In this document: piece after piece, positions 1 to 10,900 of the stretch
Numbering within the stretch: the first letter of the stretch is position 1
Layout of the letters: each line of letters starts with the position of its first letter
Assembly (NCBI RefSeq): GCF_030684315.1
Contig: NC_081361.1
Coordinates: 51,753,553-51,817,552 of the forward strand
Direction: 5' to 3'
Source of the DNA: Stegostoma tigrinum
Taxonomy: Eukaryota
Length of the DNA stretch: 64,000 nt
Notes under the pieces: generated by a model
What the model saw: the letters and a program-made list of their open reading frames with translations, nothing else
The model's database searches: none
What the model was told of the DNA's origin: nothing
Translations under genes and position numbers: made by a program

Positions 1-299
1 ATGGCAAAGATCATACAGCTATTTTAAAGTTTCTGGTACCATTGTTGATTACAAGTATTGCTAAGTGACCAAATGCAAAATGTTTCATGGGATATGGGCA
101 TCGTTGGCTAGGCAAGTATTTATTGCTAGCCCTTATTGCCCTGGAGTATTTATAACAACACCTATAAAATTCAGAATTCCCCTTAACATGTATTCCTTTA
201 GATATTCCTTTAATACTGCAAACTGAGTGATATAGCAATAATTTATCTGGAACAAAAATAGTTTACTGGAGTAATATGAATTTCAGGAAATTGATCATG

Positions 300-935
300 G
301 ATCCAGGTCAGGAAAATTAAGCCATGACTGGCATACAGGACGTAATACAGCAATGGGCAGCCTTTAAAGAGGAGATTATCAGGTTCATTCGAGGTACATA
401 GGGAGAGCAATCGAAGCCAGACAATGAAGCATTTATAGAGTAAAATGAAACAATTAAAAAAGGGCATATGATAGATATCAACTTGATATTAGAAAATAGA
501 TGAAAGCAGTCCAGAGAAAATTCACTAGGCTGACACCGGGTATGGAGGCATCATCTTACGAGGAGAGGTTGAGAAGGTCGGGCATGTGCTCATTAGAATT
601 TAGAAGACTGAGATGTGAATTTATTGAAACATACAGCATTCTTAGGGAACTTGAAAGGGTAGATGTGGAAAGGTTGTTGCCCATTGTCAGAGAGTTTTGG
701 ACCAAACAGCATAATCTCAAAATAAGGGGTCACACATTTAGGGCAAAGGAAAAATTTCTTCCCAAAGGGTAGTGAATCTGTGAAATTATTTATGGCAGAA
801 GGCAGGACAGGCTGGTTTATTAAATATAGTCAAGGCTGAGATAGAGAGATTTTTAATCAGTAAGGGAATCAAGTGTTATGGGGGAAAGGCAAGAAAGTGG
901 AGCTGAGGATTATCAGATCAGCCATGTTCTCATTG
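300..935 (+). mobile_element. Degraded CR1-type LINE fragment (ORF2 C-terminal region and 3'UTR)
   Basis: ORF 500-772 VQRKFTRLTPGMEASSYEERLRRSGMCSLEFRRLR resembles the CR1 ORF2 C-terminus; boundaries approximate. Confidence 0.7.
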
Positions 936-944
936 AATAGCACA

Positions 945-1378
945 GCAGTTCTCCCCTCCACCCACTGCATCCCAAAATCAGCCCAGCTCGTCCCTGCCTC
1001 CCTCGCCTGTTCTTCCTCTCTCCTATCCCCTCCTCCCACTTCAAGGCACACCTCCATTCCCTACCTCCTAACCTCATTCCGCCCCCTTGAACTGTCCGCC
1101 CTCCCCGGACTGACCTATCCTCTCCCTACCTCCCCACCTATACTCACCACTACAGGCTCCATCCCTACCCCTTTAACTTGTCTGTTTCTTCTCCACCTAT
1201 CTTCTCCTCTCTCCCTATTTATTTAAGAGCCCTCTCCCCATCCCCCTTTTCTGATGAAGGGTCTAGGCCTGAAATGTCAGCTTTTGTGCTCCTAAGATGC
1301 TGCTTGGCCTGCTGTGTTCATCCAGCTCCACATTTTGTTACCTCGGATTCTCCACCATCTGCAGTTCCCATTATCTCA
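945..1378 (+). mobile_element. Penelope-like element 3' terminal (pLTR) fragment
   Basis: Pyrimidine-rich tract, then CTGATGAAGGGTCTAGGCCTGAAATGTC and the shared tail ending CCCATTATCT; same sequence as the ends of the GIY-YIG-coding copies. Confidence 0.8.
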
Positions 1379-1384
1379 TCTCAA

Positions 1385-2230
1385 TAGGCCAAATGGCCTA
1401 CTTTAGCTCCCATATCTCACAGTCTTAGTAAATAGCAGAATCATGCAAAGAAGCTAATAGAAATGAAAAATGAATTCATAGAGGCAAGGATCAGTAAAAA
1501 AGATTATCAACTAACATAATAAGGAATCCAAGGTTGCCTGGCATATTAATGTGAAAAGGTTATCAAAGGAGTAGTGAAATTGATCGGAGAGCAAAGTAGT
1601 GATCTATTGTGGAAGCAGAAGGCAAGATTAGGAGATTAAATGGCACTTGGTACTAATGTTCACTAACGAGGAGGAGTTAGCTAAAGTTATTGTAAATGAA
1701 GAGGTTGCTGGGGTATCAGATGAGATAACCTAAATAAAAGGGAGAAATTAGGAAGGCTTATTTAAAATAGACAAGTTACCTGATCGGGATGAAATCAGTA
1801 AGAGTAGAAATTGCAAAGTCTCTGGCCACAAGCCTCTTTTGATAGAGTTGAGTCAAAAGACATAAGGATTGAAACTGTTAAAACCTTGTTTATACAAAGG
1901 GAAGCGGGTAATCCTGACAGTTACAATTCAGTATACTGTCAGAGGCAAATAAATTTTGAGAAACAATAATCCAGTAGATATTTATCAGCCACTTGGGCAA
2001 ACAAGGAGAAATTTAAACAAAAAAAACGTAATTTTTAAAGGCCAGTTGTGTTTGATTCACTTGATTAAGCTATGTGATTCAGTAACTGAGAGGATTGTTG
2101 AAAGCAGTGCAATTGTTGTCATGCGACTCAACTTTCAAGAGGGAAAATATCACATACCAGGCTAGTTAACAAAATTGAAGCTAGTGGATTAAAAGGGGAA
2201 ATATCAGTATAGATACAAAATTGGCCCTAA
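1385..2230 (+). mobile_element. Highly degraded CR1-type LINE fragment
   Basis: ORF 1956-2165 GQLCLIHLIKLCDSVTERIVESSAIVVMRLNFQ is a decayed match to CR1 RT GRSCLTNLIEFFEDVT...AVDVVYMDF. Confidence 0.55.
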
Positions 2231-2284
2231 CAGGGCTGTCTAACCTGATTAATATTTTGTTTAAGAGAGTAGACCCAAAATAGA

Positions 2285-2395
2285 AGAGCTCCTGTAGCAC
2301 AGTGGTAATGCCCCAACCTCTGGGCCTGAAGGTCTATATTCAGTCCCTACCAGTTTCAAATGTGTGTCACAGATGAGCAAGTTGATTGAATGTTA
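2285..2395 (+). mobile_element. Short tRNA-headed SINE fragment
   Basis: A-box-like TAGCACAGTGGT start; related copies at ~55118 and ~63449. Confidence 0.45.
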
Positions 2396-2424
2396 TCGAG
2401 ATATGGAATAGGAAACAGAAGGTA

Positions 2425-3892
2425 ATCATAGAATCACAGAATCTCTAGCGTGTGGTAGCAAGCCATTCAGCCCATCAAAGTCACACCACCCTCTAAAGAA
2501 CATCTCATCCAAACTCTGCCCACCACCCTATCCCTGTAAGATAACACAGCAGGAAAGCAGCATCTCAGGAGCACAAAAGCTGACATTTCCGGCCTAGGCC
2601 CTTCATCAGAAAAGGGGGATGGGGTGAGGGTTCTGGAATAAGTAGGGAACAAGGGGGAGCAGACTGAAGATAGATAGAGGAGAGGATAGGTGCAGAGGAG
2701 AGTACGGGTGGGGAGGTAGGGAGGGGACAGGTCAGTCCGGGGAGGACGGACAGGTCAACGGGGCGAGATGAGGTTAGTAGGTAGGAAATGGAGGTGTGGC
2801 TTGAGATGGGAGGAGGTTATAGGTGAGAGGAAGAACAGGTTAGGCAGGCGGAGATGAGCTGGGCTGGTTTTAGGATGCAGTGGGGGGAGGGGAGATTTTT
2901 GAAGCTGGTGAAATCCACATTGATACCATTGGGCTGCAGGGTTCCCTAGTGGAAAATGAGTTGCTGTTTCTGCAACCTACAGGTGGCATCATTATGGCAC
3001 TGCAGGAGGCCCAGGATGGACATGTCGTCTAAGGAATGGGAAGGGGAGCTGAAATGGTTCGCGACTGGGAGGTGCAGTTGTTTTCTGCGAACCGAGCGTA
3101 GGTGTTCTGCAAAGCGGTCCCCAAGCCTCCGCTTGGTTTCCCCAATGTAGAGGAAGCCACACCGGGTACAGTGGAGACAATGTACCACATTGGCAGATGT
3201 GCAGGTGAACCTCTGCTTGATATGGAAAGTCATCTTGGGGCCTGGGATGGGATTGAGGGAGGTGGTGTGGGTGCAGGTGTAGCACTTCCTGTGGTTGCAG
3301 GGGAAAATGCCAGGTGTGGTGGGATTGGAGGGGAGTGTGGAGCGGACAAGGGAGTTGCGGAGAGAGTGGTCTCTCCAGAGGGCAGCCAAGGGTGGGGTGG
3401 GAAAAATGCCTTTGGTGGTGGGGTCGGATTGTAGATGGCGGAAGTGTCAGAGGATGATGCGTTGTATGCGGAAGTTGGTGAGGTGGTATGTGAGGACTAG
3501 GGGGATTCTCTTTGGGTGGTTATTACGAGGGCAGGGTGTGAGAGACGAGGTGCGGGATATGCAGGAGACACGGTCGAGGGCGTTCTCGAGCACTGCAGGG
3601 GTAAGTAGAGGCCTTTGAAGAACGAGGACATCTGGGATGAGCGGGAGTGAAATGCCTCATCCTGGGAGCAGATGCGGCGAAGGCGAAGGAATGGGGAACA
3701 GGGGATGGAATTTTTGCAGGGAAGTGGGTGGGAGGAGGTGTATTCCAGGTAGCTATGGGAGTCAGTGGGCTTGAAATGGACATCAATTTGTAGGTGGTTG
3801 CCATCCCTGTAACCCTGCATTTCCCATGGCTAATCCACCCAGTCTGAAAATCCATGGACACGATCAGCAAATTAGCATGGCCAATCCACCTA
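2425..3892 (-). mobile_element. HE1-like SINE split by a Penelope insertion (SINE parts 2425-2539 and 3803-3892)
   Basis: (ATTCTATG)-type tail at 2425-2445; sequence on both sides of the insertion matches the SINE at 26855-27088. Confidence 0.65.
2540..3802 (-). mobile_element. 5'-truncated Penelope-like retroelement (RT C-terminus + GIY-YIG endonuclease), frameshifted
   Basis: ORFs DVHFKPTDSHSYLEYTSSHP and CTSANVVHCLHCTRCGFLYIGETKRRLGDRFAEH...VANHF; 10-bp TSD ATCCCTGTAA at 2530-2539 and 3803-3812. Confidence 0.9.
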
Positions 3893-4993
3893 AAATAAAT
3901 GGCGGTATTTTAGATTGAAATGAGGTATACAGTACTTTTCCAAAGATTCTGTATTTAAGGTCACTATTTTGTTAATATTTATTAGTGACTTTGATTTAAA
4001 GTTATAGCATGTAACTTTGAAATTTGAAAATGTCACAAAACTTAGAAGAATTATAAATGTTAAGATAATAGTAGAATTCAATGGGATAGACTTGTGACAG
4101 ATACAATTCAATGCAGAAAGCAATGAGATGATACATTATGGTCGAAAAAATGAGAAGAGAGATGCTAAATAGCACAATTAAATGGATATGTTAGCAGAGA
4201 GAGACCCGGAAACTAATTCGATTGGCTGGAAGGTCTGTAATCAAAGGGTACAGACTTAGGATGATTGACAAAAATTCGGAGGCAACATGAGGAAACATTT
4301 CTTTGCACAATTGATTTGGATTTGAATTACATTGATGTTAGAGTGATGGATACAGAGTCAATAGTGGACTGACAAAGGAGCAGCATACTGAAAATTTGTA
4401 ATTGAAAATAAGCCTGTTGGGCCATAACTTGTTGTCGTGAAACTTCTGACTTTGTCCACCCCAGTCCACATGGGCACCTGCCCATCGTGTCTCAATTTAC
4501 ATTGCTAAAACAGATCATTTGTTCATTAATTGCACTGCTATTAATGAGACATTCATGAGTGCAGTTTGGCTGCTGCAATACCCGACATTGCGCCTAGGTT
4601 GCGCTCCAAAATGCTTTGGCACATTCTGATTTGATGGAAAAGATGAAACCTGAATGCATGCTCCTTTGTAAAATGAACTGATTAGGCTTGTACTTATTAC
4701 TTTACGTGGAGTAGAATTGATAATGAAATTTTAATATATTGCAATAATTGAATATGCATTATTTGTAACTGATATTTGTATTACAGCTCTACACCTGTAC
4801 TGAGATGATTATGCAGACTTGAAATATATATGCTCACATTCTTGTCAACAGTTACATATGTTCTTAAAATATGCTCTTGAAACAGCAGTGATACAGGCAG
4901 GAACATGTTTAATTTCCACATTACTGACCCTGGTGGTCAGTCTGCTTGATGATAATGACACTGAGTGTTCCAATCAGGGCACAACGAGTGAAG

Positions 4994-6388
4994 AGAGATA
5001 ATGGGAACTGCAGATGCTGGAGAATCCAAGATAATAAAGTGTGAAGCTGGATGAACACAGCAGGCCAAGCAGCATCTCAGGAGCACAAAAGCTGACGTTT
5101 CGGGCCGAGACCCTTCATCAGAGAGGGGGATGGGGTGAGGGTTCTGGAATAAATAGGGAGAGAGGGGGAGGTGGATCGAAGATTGAGAAAAGAAGATAGG
5201 TGGAGAGGAGAGTATAGGTGGGTAGGTAGGGAGGGGATAAGTCAGTCCAGGGAAGACGGACAGGTCAAGGAGGTGGGATGAGGTTAATTGGTAGGAAACA
5301 GAGGTGCGGCTTGGGGTGGGAGGAAGGGATGGGTGAGAGGAAGAACAGGTTAGGGAGGCAGAGACAGGCTGGACTGGTTTTGGGATGCAGTAGGGGGAGG
5401 GGATGAGCTGCGCTGGTTGTGTGATGCAGTGAGGGGAGGGGACGAGCTGGGCTGGTTTTGGGATGCAGTGGGGCAGGGGGAGATTTTGAAGCTGATGAAG
5501 TCCACATTGATACCATTGGGCTGCAAGGTTCCCAAGCGGAATATGAGTTGCTGTTCCTGCAACCTTCGGGTGGCATCATTGTGGCACTGCAGGAGGCCCA
5601 TGATGGACATGTCATCTAAAGAATGAGAGGGGGAGTTGAAATGGTTAGCGACTGGGAGGTGCAGTTGTTTACTGTGAACCGAGCGGAGGTCCCCAAGCCT
5701 CCGCTTGGTTTCCCCAATGTAGAGGAAGCCACACCGGGTACAATGGATACAGTATACCACATTGGCAGATGTGCAGGTGAACCTCTGCTTAATATGGAAA
5801 GTCATCTTAGGGCCTGGGATAGGGGTGAGGGAGGAGGTGTGGGGGCAAGTGTAGCATTTCCTGCGGTTGCAGGGGAAGGTGCTGGGTGTGGTGGGGTTGG
5901 AGGGCAGTGTGGAGCTAACAAGGGAGTCACGGAGAGAGTGGTCTCTCCAGAAAGCAGACAAGGGTGGGGATGGAAAAATGTCTTGGGTGGTGGTGTCAGA
6001 TTGTAGATGGCGGAGGTGTCGGAGGATGATGCGTCGTATACGGAGGTTGGTGGGGTGGTGTGTGAGAACGAGGGGGATCCTCTTTGGGCGGTTGTGGCAG
6101 GGGCGGGGTGTGAGGGATGTGTTGCGGGAAATGCGGGAGACGTGGTCAAGGGCGTTCTCGACCACTGTGGGGGGAAAGTTGCGGCTCTTGAAGAACTTGG
6201 ACGTCTGGGATGTGCGGGAGTGGAATGCCTCATCGTGAGAGCAGATGCGGCGGAGGCGGAGGAATTGGGAATAGGGGATGGAATTTTTGCAGGAGGGTGG
6301 GTGGGAGGAGGTGTATCCTAGGTAGCTGTGGGAGTCAGTGGGCTTGAAATGGACATCAGTTACAAGCTGATTGCCTGAGATGGAGACG
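4994..6388 (-). mobile_element. 5'-truncated Penelope-like retroelement (RT C-terminus + GIY-YIG endonuclease)
   Basis: ORF 5350-6165 NVVYCIHCTRCGFLYIGETKRRLG...EQQLIFRLGTLQPNGIN; TSD ACGAGTGAAG at 4984-4993 and 6389-6398. Confidence 0.92.
5094..5121 (-). ncRNA. Minimal hammerhead-ribozyme motif in the Penelope terminus
   Basis: Minus strand reads CTGATGA A GGGTCTCGGCCC GAAAC GTC. Confidence 0.6.
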
Positions 6389-6915
6389 ACGAGTGAAGCT
6401 TGTGTTTACTTGGTGTCTTTCACAACCTTAGAATGTCCCAAGTGTTTTACAGTCAACTGACTACATTTAAAGCGTAGGAAATTCCAAGATATTGAACCAG
6501 CAATGATGAAGGAATGACTATCAACGCGCAATTACAGATGACGTGATTTGGAACTGAATGTGGAAGTGTTGGCGTTCCCTTAACATTGTTGCCCTTGTCC
6601 TTGGTGATAGACGTTGCAGTGGAGGTTTGTTTACTGTATCTACACATAGTGGACTTTTTTTTAAATATCACGTTTGACGTTAAACAAAGAATTAAGGCTT
6701 TTGCTTCTATGAATAATTTCGTCGGGCAATCCTACAATTTCCAAACATGGATACCGAAATGAGGAATGAGCATTGATTGATGTGTCGACCGCCCCAGTGA
6801 GCTGCGAGACAGACACGCTTCGGTATCCGCTCCAACCCTCCCCCCCACCACAAAACCCACCTCCCCCAGGGCTGACCCTTTGTCCCCAGCGGGTCAGGGT
6901 GAAAGCAAAGTCCTT

Positions 6916-6985
6916 ATTAGCATAAAGGACAACGACCAATGGCGGAGCGCCCATGCAAATAAGCGAGCACTGGGTTGGTTGGCTT
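6916..6985 (+). promoter_or_regulatory. GADD45A: GADD45A proximal promoter: octamer-CCAAT-octamer module in a CpG-rich region
   Basis: ATTAGCAT 6916-6923, CCAAT 6936-6940, ATGCAAAT 6953-6960; CpG density visibly raised over ~6760-8100. Confidence 0.75.
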
Positions 6986-7171
6986 TCCCTTGTTACATCC
7001 GGCCCCCTGGCTGTAACTCCGCCTTCAACGCCGCGAGCCTTCTCAGTGCCGGAGCTGACAGCAGCCGCTGCATTGAGCTGGATCGAGCCCACTAGCGCAC
7101 GCAAGGCACTGTCAATTGCAGGCAGAGAAAGCTGTAGCAACCTGAGAAACTCATTCACACCGACAAACAGA

Positions 7172-7212
7172 ATGACTTTTGAAGAACTTACAGGCGATCA
7201 GAAAGCAGACAG
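7172..7212 (+). CDS. GADD45A: GADD45 alpha, exon 1 (coding part)
   Basis: MTFEELTGDQKAD(R), 41 nt, followed by donor GTAAAA at 7213. Confidence 0.93.
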
Positions 7213-7513
7213 GTAAAAGCAATGCTATAAAGCGCACCGATTGCACTTTAAATAAACCCTATCTTTTTTTTAAAAAGTGAAACAGTGTTTGATTGAGCGT
7301 GCGGTGCAGATTCTTGGTTTGCGTTGTGCGTCGGTTAAAAGAAGTTTAATCTTCCTGTCATAGTAGAATTTTTTGTGAGATGAAGCACATACATTTGCAT
7401 TCATTTGACACAACCATAACGCAGAATTGTTAATCTCTGGAGTTAGATCCTGTTGTTGTTATTGATGAAGGAATTAATACTGTTTTTTTTAAAACTTCTG
7501 ATGCGGGTGGTAG

Positions 7514-7615
7514 GATGGACGTAGTGAGAAAAGCTTTGGAAGAAGTTTTGAGCTCCGCGCTGGCGCAAGGCTGCATCACAGTTGGAGTGTACGAAGCAGC
7601 AAAACTCCTCAACGC
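7514..7615 (+). CDS. GADD45A: GADD45 alpha, exon 2
   Basis: tag|G ATG..., [33 protein letters not shown](A), 102 nt, donor GTAAGT. Confidence 0.93.
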
Positions 7616-7707
7616 GTAAGTATCCACCAAGAACCAAAGTTTTCACATTTTTACTTTTTAAAAAATCAGTTTAAAAACGGACGGATTTTATTTATACTTT
7701 TCGACAG

Positions 7708-7921
7708 GGACCCTGACAACGTTGTTTTATGCTTGCTTGCGACGGATGAAGGGGATGATCTGGATGTGGCTTTACAAATTCATTTTACTCTGATCCAAGC
7801 TTTTTGCTGCGAAAACGATATTAACATAATGAGAGTGAACAACATGCACCGTCTAGCAGAGATCTTGGGCGGGATTGATGGGGCAGGCGAACCCAAAGAT
7901 CTCCATTGCATATTGATCACT
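7708..7921 (+). CDS. GADD45A: GADD45 alpha, exon 3
   Basis: cag|[44 protein letters not shown]...DLHCILIT, 214 nt, donor GTAAGT. Confidence 0.96.
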
Positions 7922-8353
7922 GTAAGTATTATACTAGTCACACCAGGAACGAATCCAATAACCGAGGCGTAAAACCGTCATCAGTTTTAAACAATGACAG
8001 AAATCTTACCTTTGTGAGGATTTAAATAAAGTTATTTGTAGACAGTATGAAACGAGTTACAGACGGTGACTGAAATCAGTCTAGGTTATTGCAAGTTGAC
8101 AATTGGACCCCTAGAAGCAGACGAAACTGTATATACCGATACTCAACTGATTGTTGTGATTGGATGTAAATGTGGTCGTGGTTGACGTAATGTCTTTTTG
8201 CACCAATAGATGGCATAAGTTAGAGAATAGCTAACATCATGATTTGAGATTACAAGTACAGTATTTTGGAAAGAAGGGGGCGGTGAGAATTAAATGATGC
8301 ACTTTTTAAAATATTTTGTTCCATAAGGATGATTTTATTTGTCTTCAATTCAG

Positions 8354-8464
8354 AGTCAAGTTGCACCATGGAAAGACGCAGCGTTGAGCAAAGTCAGCTG
8401 TTTCTGCAAAGAAAGTCGTTACTTGGACCAGTGGGTTCCAATCATCAACCTGCCCGAGCGGTGA
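8354..8464 (+). CDS. GADD45A: GADD45 alpha, exon 4 (coding part); spliced CDS 468 nt = 155 aa
   Basis: cag|SQVAPWKDAALSKVSCFCKESRYLDQWVPIINLPER*; the INLPER C-terminus and GNG12 neighbour indicate the alpha paralogue. Confidence 0.95.
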   Translation, partial: SQVAPWKDAALSKVSCFCKESRYLDQWVPIINLPER

Positions 8465-9099
8465 TCAATTTTAAATCACAGACCCTGGATTTAAGATTCG
8501 CTTTTGTTTCTCAGGAATTGCTCAGGAGATATTCTCAGTAGCTGTCCGAAAACTTGGCGCTGGAAAATTAGAGTTTTTATTTGTTGCTGAGAGCAGGCTA
8601 GACTGGACTTTCGATTGTCTGTAATTATTTTCTCTGAACGCTGGACTATGACTCAACTTGAGTTGTGCCTGGAAATAGTGACAATGACTAAGCAGACGGG
8701 AACCGAAGCAAGGGTTGGAACTGATTTCATAGCTGAGAGTAATAGAACTGCCGGAAGAATTGCGGGAATTACAGCTTCCATTTCGGGAACTAGAACTTTA
8801 AAAAAAAACTTGTGTTTTGACAGACTCATCGAATGGATAACAGAAGTGTTTGAATTTTGTTGTGAAAATGCAGTATTGCTGACTAATTACACGATGTCAC
8901 GGAGCTGAGGGGAAGTTTAAAAAACCAAAACCGAATAAGTTAAGGATTTTTACTGTACTTACTTACAAAATTGTACTTTATTACAAAAACCTTTTTTGCT
9001 GTTTTGTCTAAATATGAAATGACAAGTTATTTCACAATTTATATAAATTGACGATTATTTATATTTGTGAAAGAATTGACTATAATTTCTAAATCCATT

Positions 9100-9105
9100 A
9101 ATAAA
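9100..9105 (+). terminator. GADD45A: Probable GADD45A poly(A) signal at the end of an AU-rich 3'UTR
   Basis: AATAAA at 9100-9105, preceded by ATTTA motifs (~9037, ~9057) and followed by T-rich sequence. Confidence 0.65.
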
Positions 9106-10130
9106 TATTATTACTTTTATTCACTAGCTATTTAATGTTCTAGTCTGTTATAGATAATTTTAATTTGTATATTACTGAATTGTTTTAATTGGAAACAGTT
9201 TGCAATACAATACAATGGAATTGCCAATGGACTGATTTCAGCCTGTTTAATTGGGGTATATTGTCAGTATTTTAAGTCACATTTTATTCCTTCTGTCAGT
9301 TTGTACAGATGAGCAGTGTTAAAATTGCACCAGTGCTCTTGACAGGTGAGTTCAGAACTCAGCCGAACTTGTGATCAAAACAAAATGCAGTAACATATCA
9401 GTGCAGTAGTTTATTATTTAGTGACTATTTTGGCAATTTGATATCCTACTACACATATACAACACACAACATCCAACAGCTATACATCCTGAATATTTCC
9501 TACTATTGTCAAGATTGCAAATAATTGTAACAGCAATTGCATGTTCAACTTAGTCTATGAGAGTTAACTGACTGTGCTCAATTGTAGCAACTCCTCTTCC
9601 AGTTTTACAAAGAACCACTGGAATAGAGATGGAAAAAAAAAATCAGCCTGTGTCTTCATTTTGATCATTGAGTAACCACCACTGGAATTGCTTGTGTCTA
9701 GGTCAGTTGAGGATAAAAATATGCTTAGTGTTCAAATGGCATTTTTGGAGAGGAAAGTACAATTCACATTTCAGATTAATTATCTTTCATCAGAACCCTG
9801 ACAAAAGATCACCAATCTGAACAAATGTATCTATGGCTTTCCATTGAAACTGCATGGCCAGAATGTTTCTAGGATTTTCCAATGCAGAATTTTCCAACTA
9901 TTATTCCCTTCTTCATGCCCACTTAAATAACTGTACCACGGTTCTCAGAGACAGGCTGGACACCGCAACAAGGGATTCAAATTTATGCATGCTTAGCACT
10001 ATTCAAAAGGTGGCTTGCACAGTCAAAAGCCAGTCAGCACCTCTTCAAGGGGGAAGCAGAGCAGACAGTATACTCAAGGGCGTTTAACCTAACACTAAAG
10101 AATTTGGCAAATAAGGTGCATAGGAGGAGA

Positions 10131-10540
10131 TGGCAGTGCAACCAGATAGCCAGTGCTGTCAATATTGTCAAACAATGCATCCCAAAGATCTAGATGAGAT
10201 GTAGGAAAAGGTTTAATGATCTCATGAGTGCTCAAGGTCAATGAATGTTTCATCACATGCCATATCCTTAGAATAGAATGATGAGATTCAGATATTGCTC
10301 AACTCTAATACATCAATCACCGAGCAGCAATTTGTTTCTCAACTAGAACTCATACCTTCCTTTACAGCTTCAACTCAGTCTCACACACTTAACATTCTGT
10401 AATCTTCACATCCAGTTCTCAGCTCTTGACACTGTCCATAATTCAACTATGAAATCACATGCACTGATAGATATCTAATTAACCTGTTTAGGGACGTTAC
10501 ACACAACTCTCTTGCAGGTCAAGGTGGCTCACAATTGTGA
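10131..10540 (+). mobile_element. Harbinger-type Myb/SANT-like gene remnant (left part of an old Harbinger transposon)
   Basis: Reads WQCNQIASAVNIVKQCIPKI*MRCRKRFNDLMSAQ; probable intron, then cttgcag|VKVAHN at 10518. Confidence 0.55.
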
Positions 10541-10812
10541 AAACAGCACCATCTGCATGTCCTTAGCCCAGTTTAAATAGTGGGAATCCAAGAGAACCAC
10601 TTTGCACCAAAATCATTGCTGAAAGGTTCAGAATCAACAAATGCAACCAGCATAGTGATAAATCTCTAAGTTTGTAGAAATTTTAAAGAAATTAGCAGAA
10701 ACTTGCAGATTCAGAGACAACTTAAATGATGCTCAGAGACAGACTAGTGTGTGGTTAAGATGTGAAGAAATCTAGAAGACATCACTGACGGAAAGGAACC
10801 TATACTTGAAAG

Positions 10813-10900
10813 GTCAAGCAGCGTCACAGGAGCAGGAGTTATCATCCAGCTCTACACCTTGTTACCTCAGATTCTCCAGCATCTGCAGTTCCTACTATCT
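10813..10900. mobile_element. Short Penelope-terminus insertion with an inverted 5' piece
   Basis: 13-bp TSD CTATACTTGAAAG at 10800-10812 and 10901-10913. Confidence 0.75.

Noticed and set aside
2956-6321. Several 100-140 aa ORFs overlapping the Penelope copies in other frames or on the opposite strand
   Set aside because: Shadow ORFs of GC-rich element sequence
6661-7158. 165-aa ORF antisense to the GADD45A promoter
   Set aside because: No recognisable domain and no ATG start; expected by chance in GC-rich sequence
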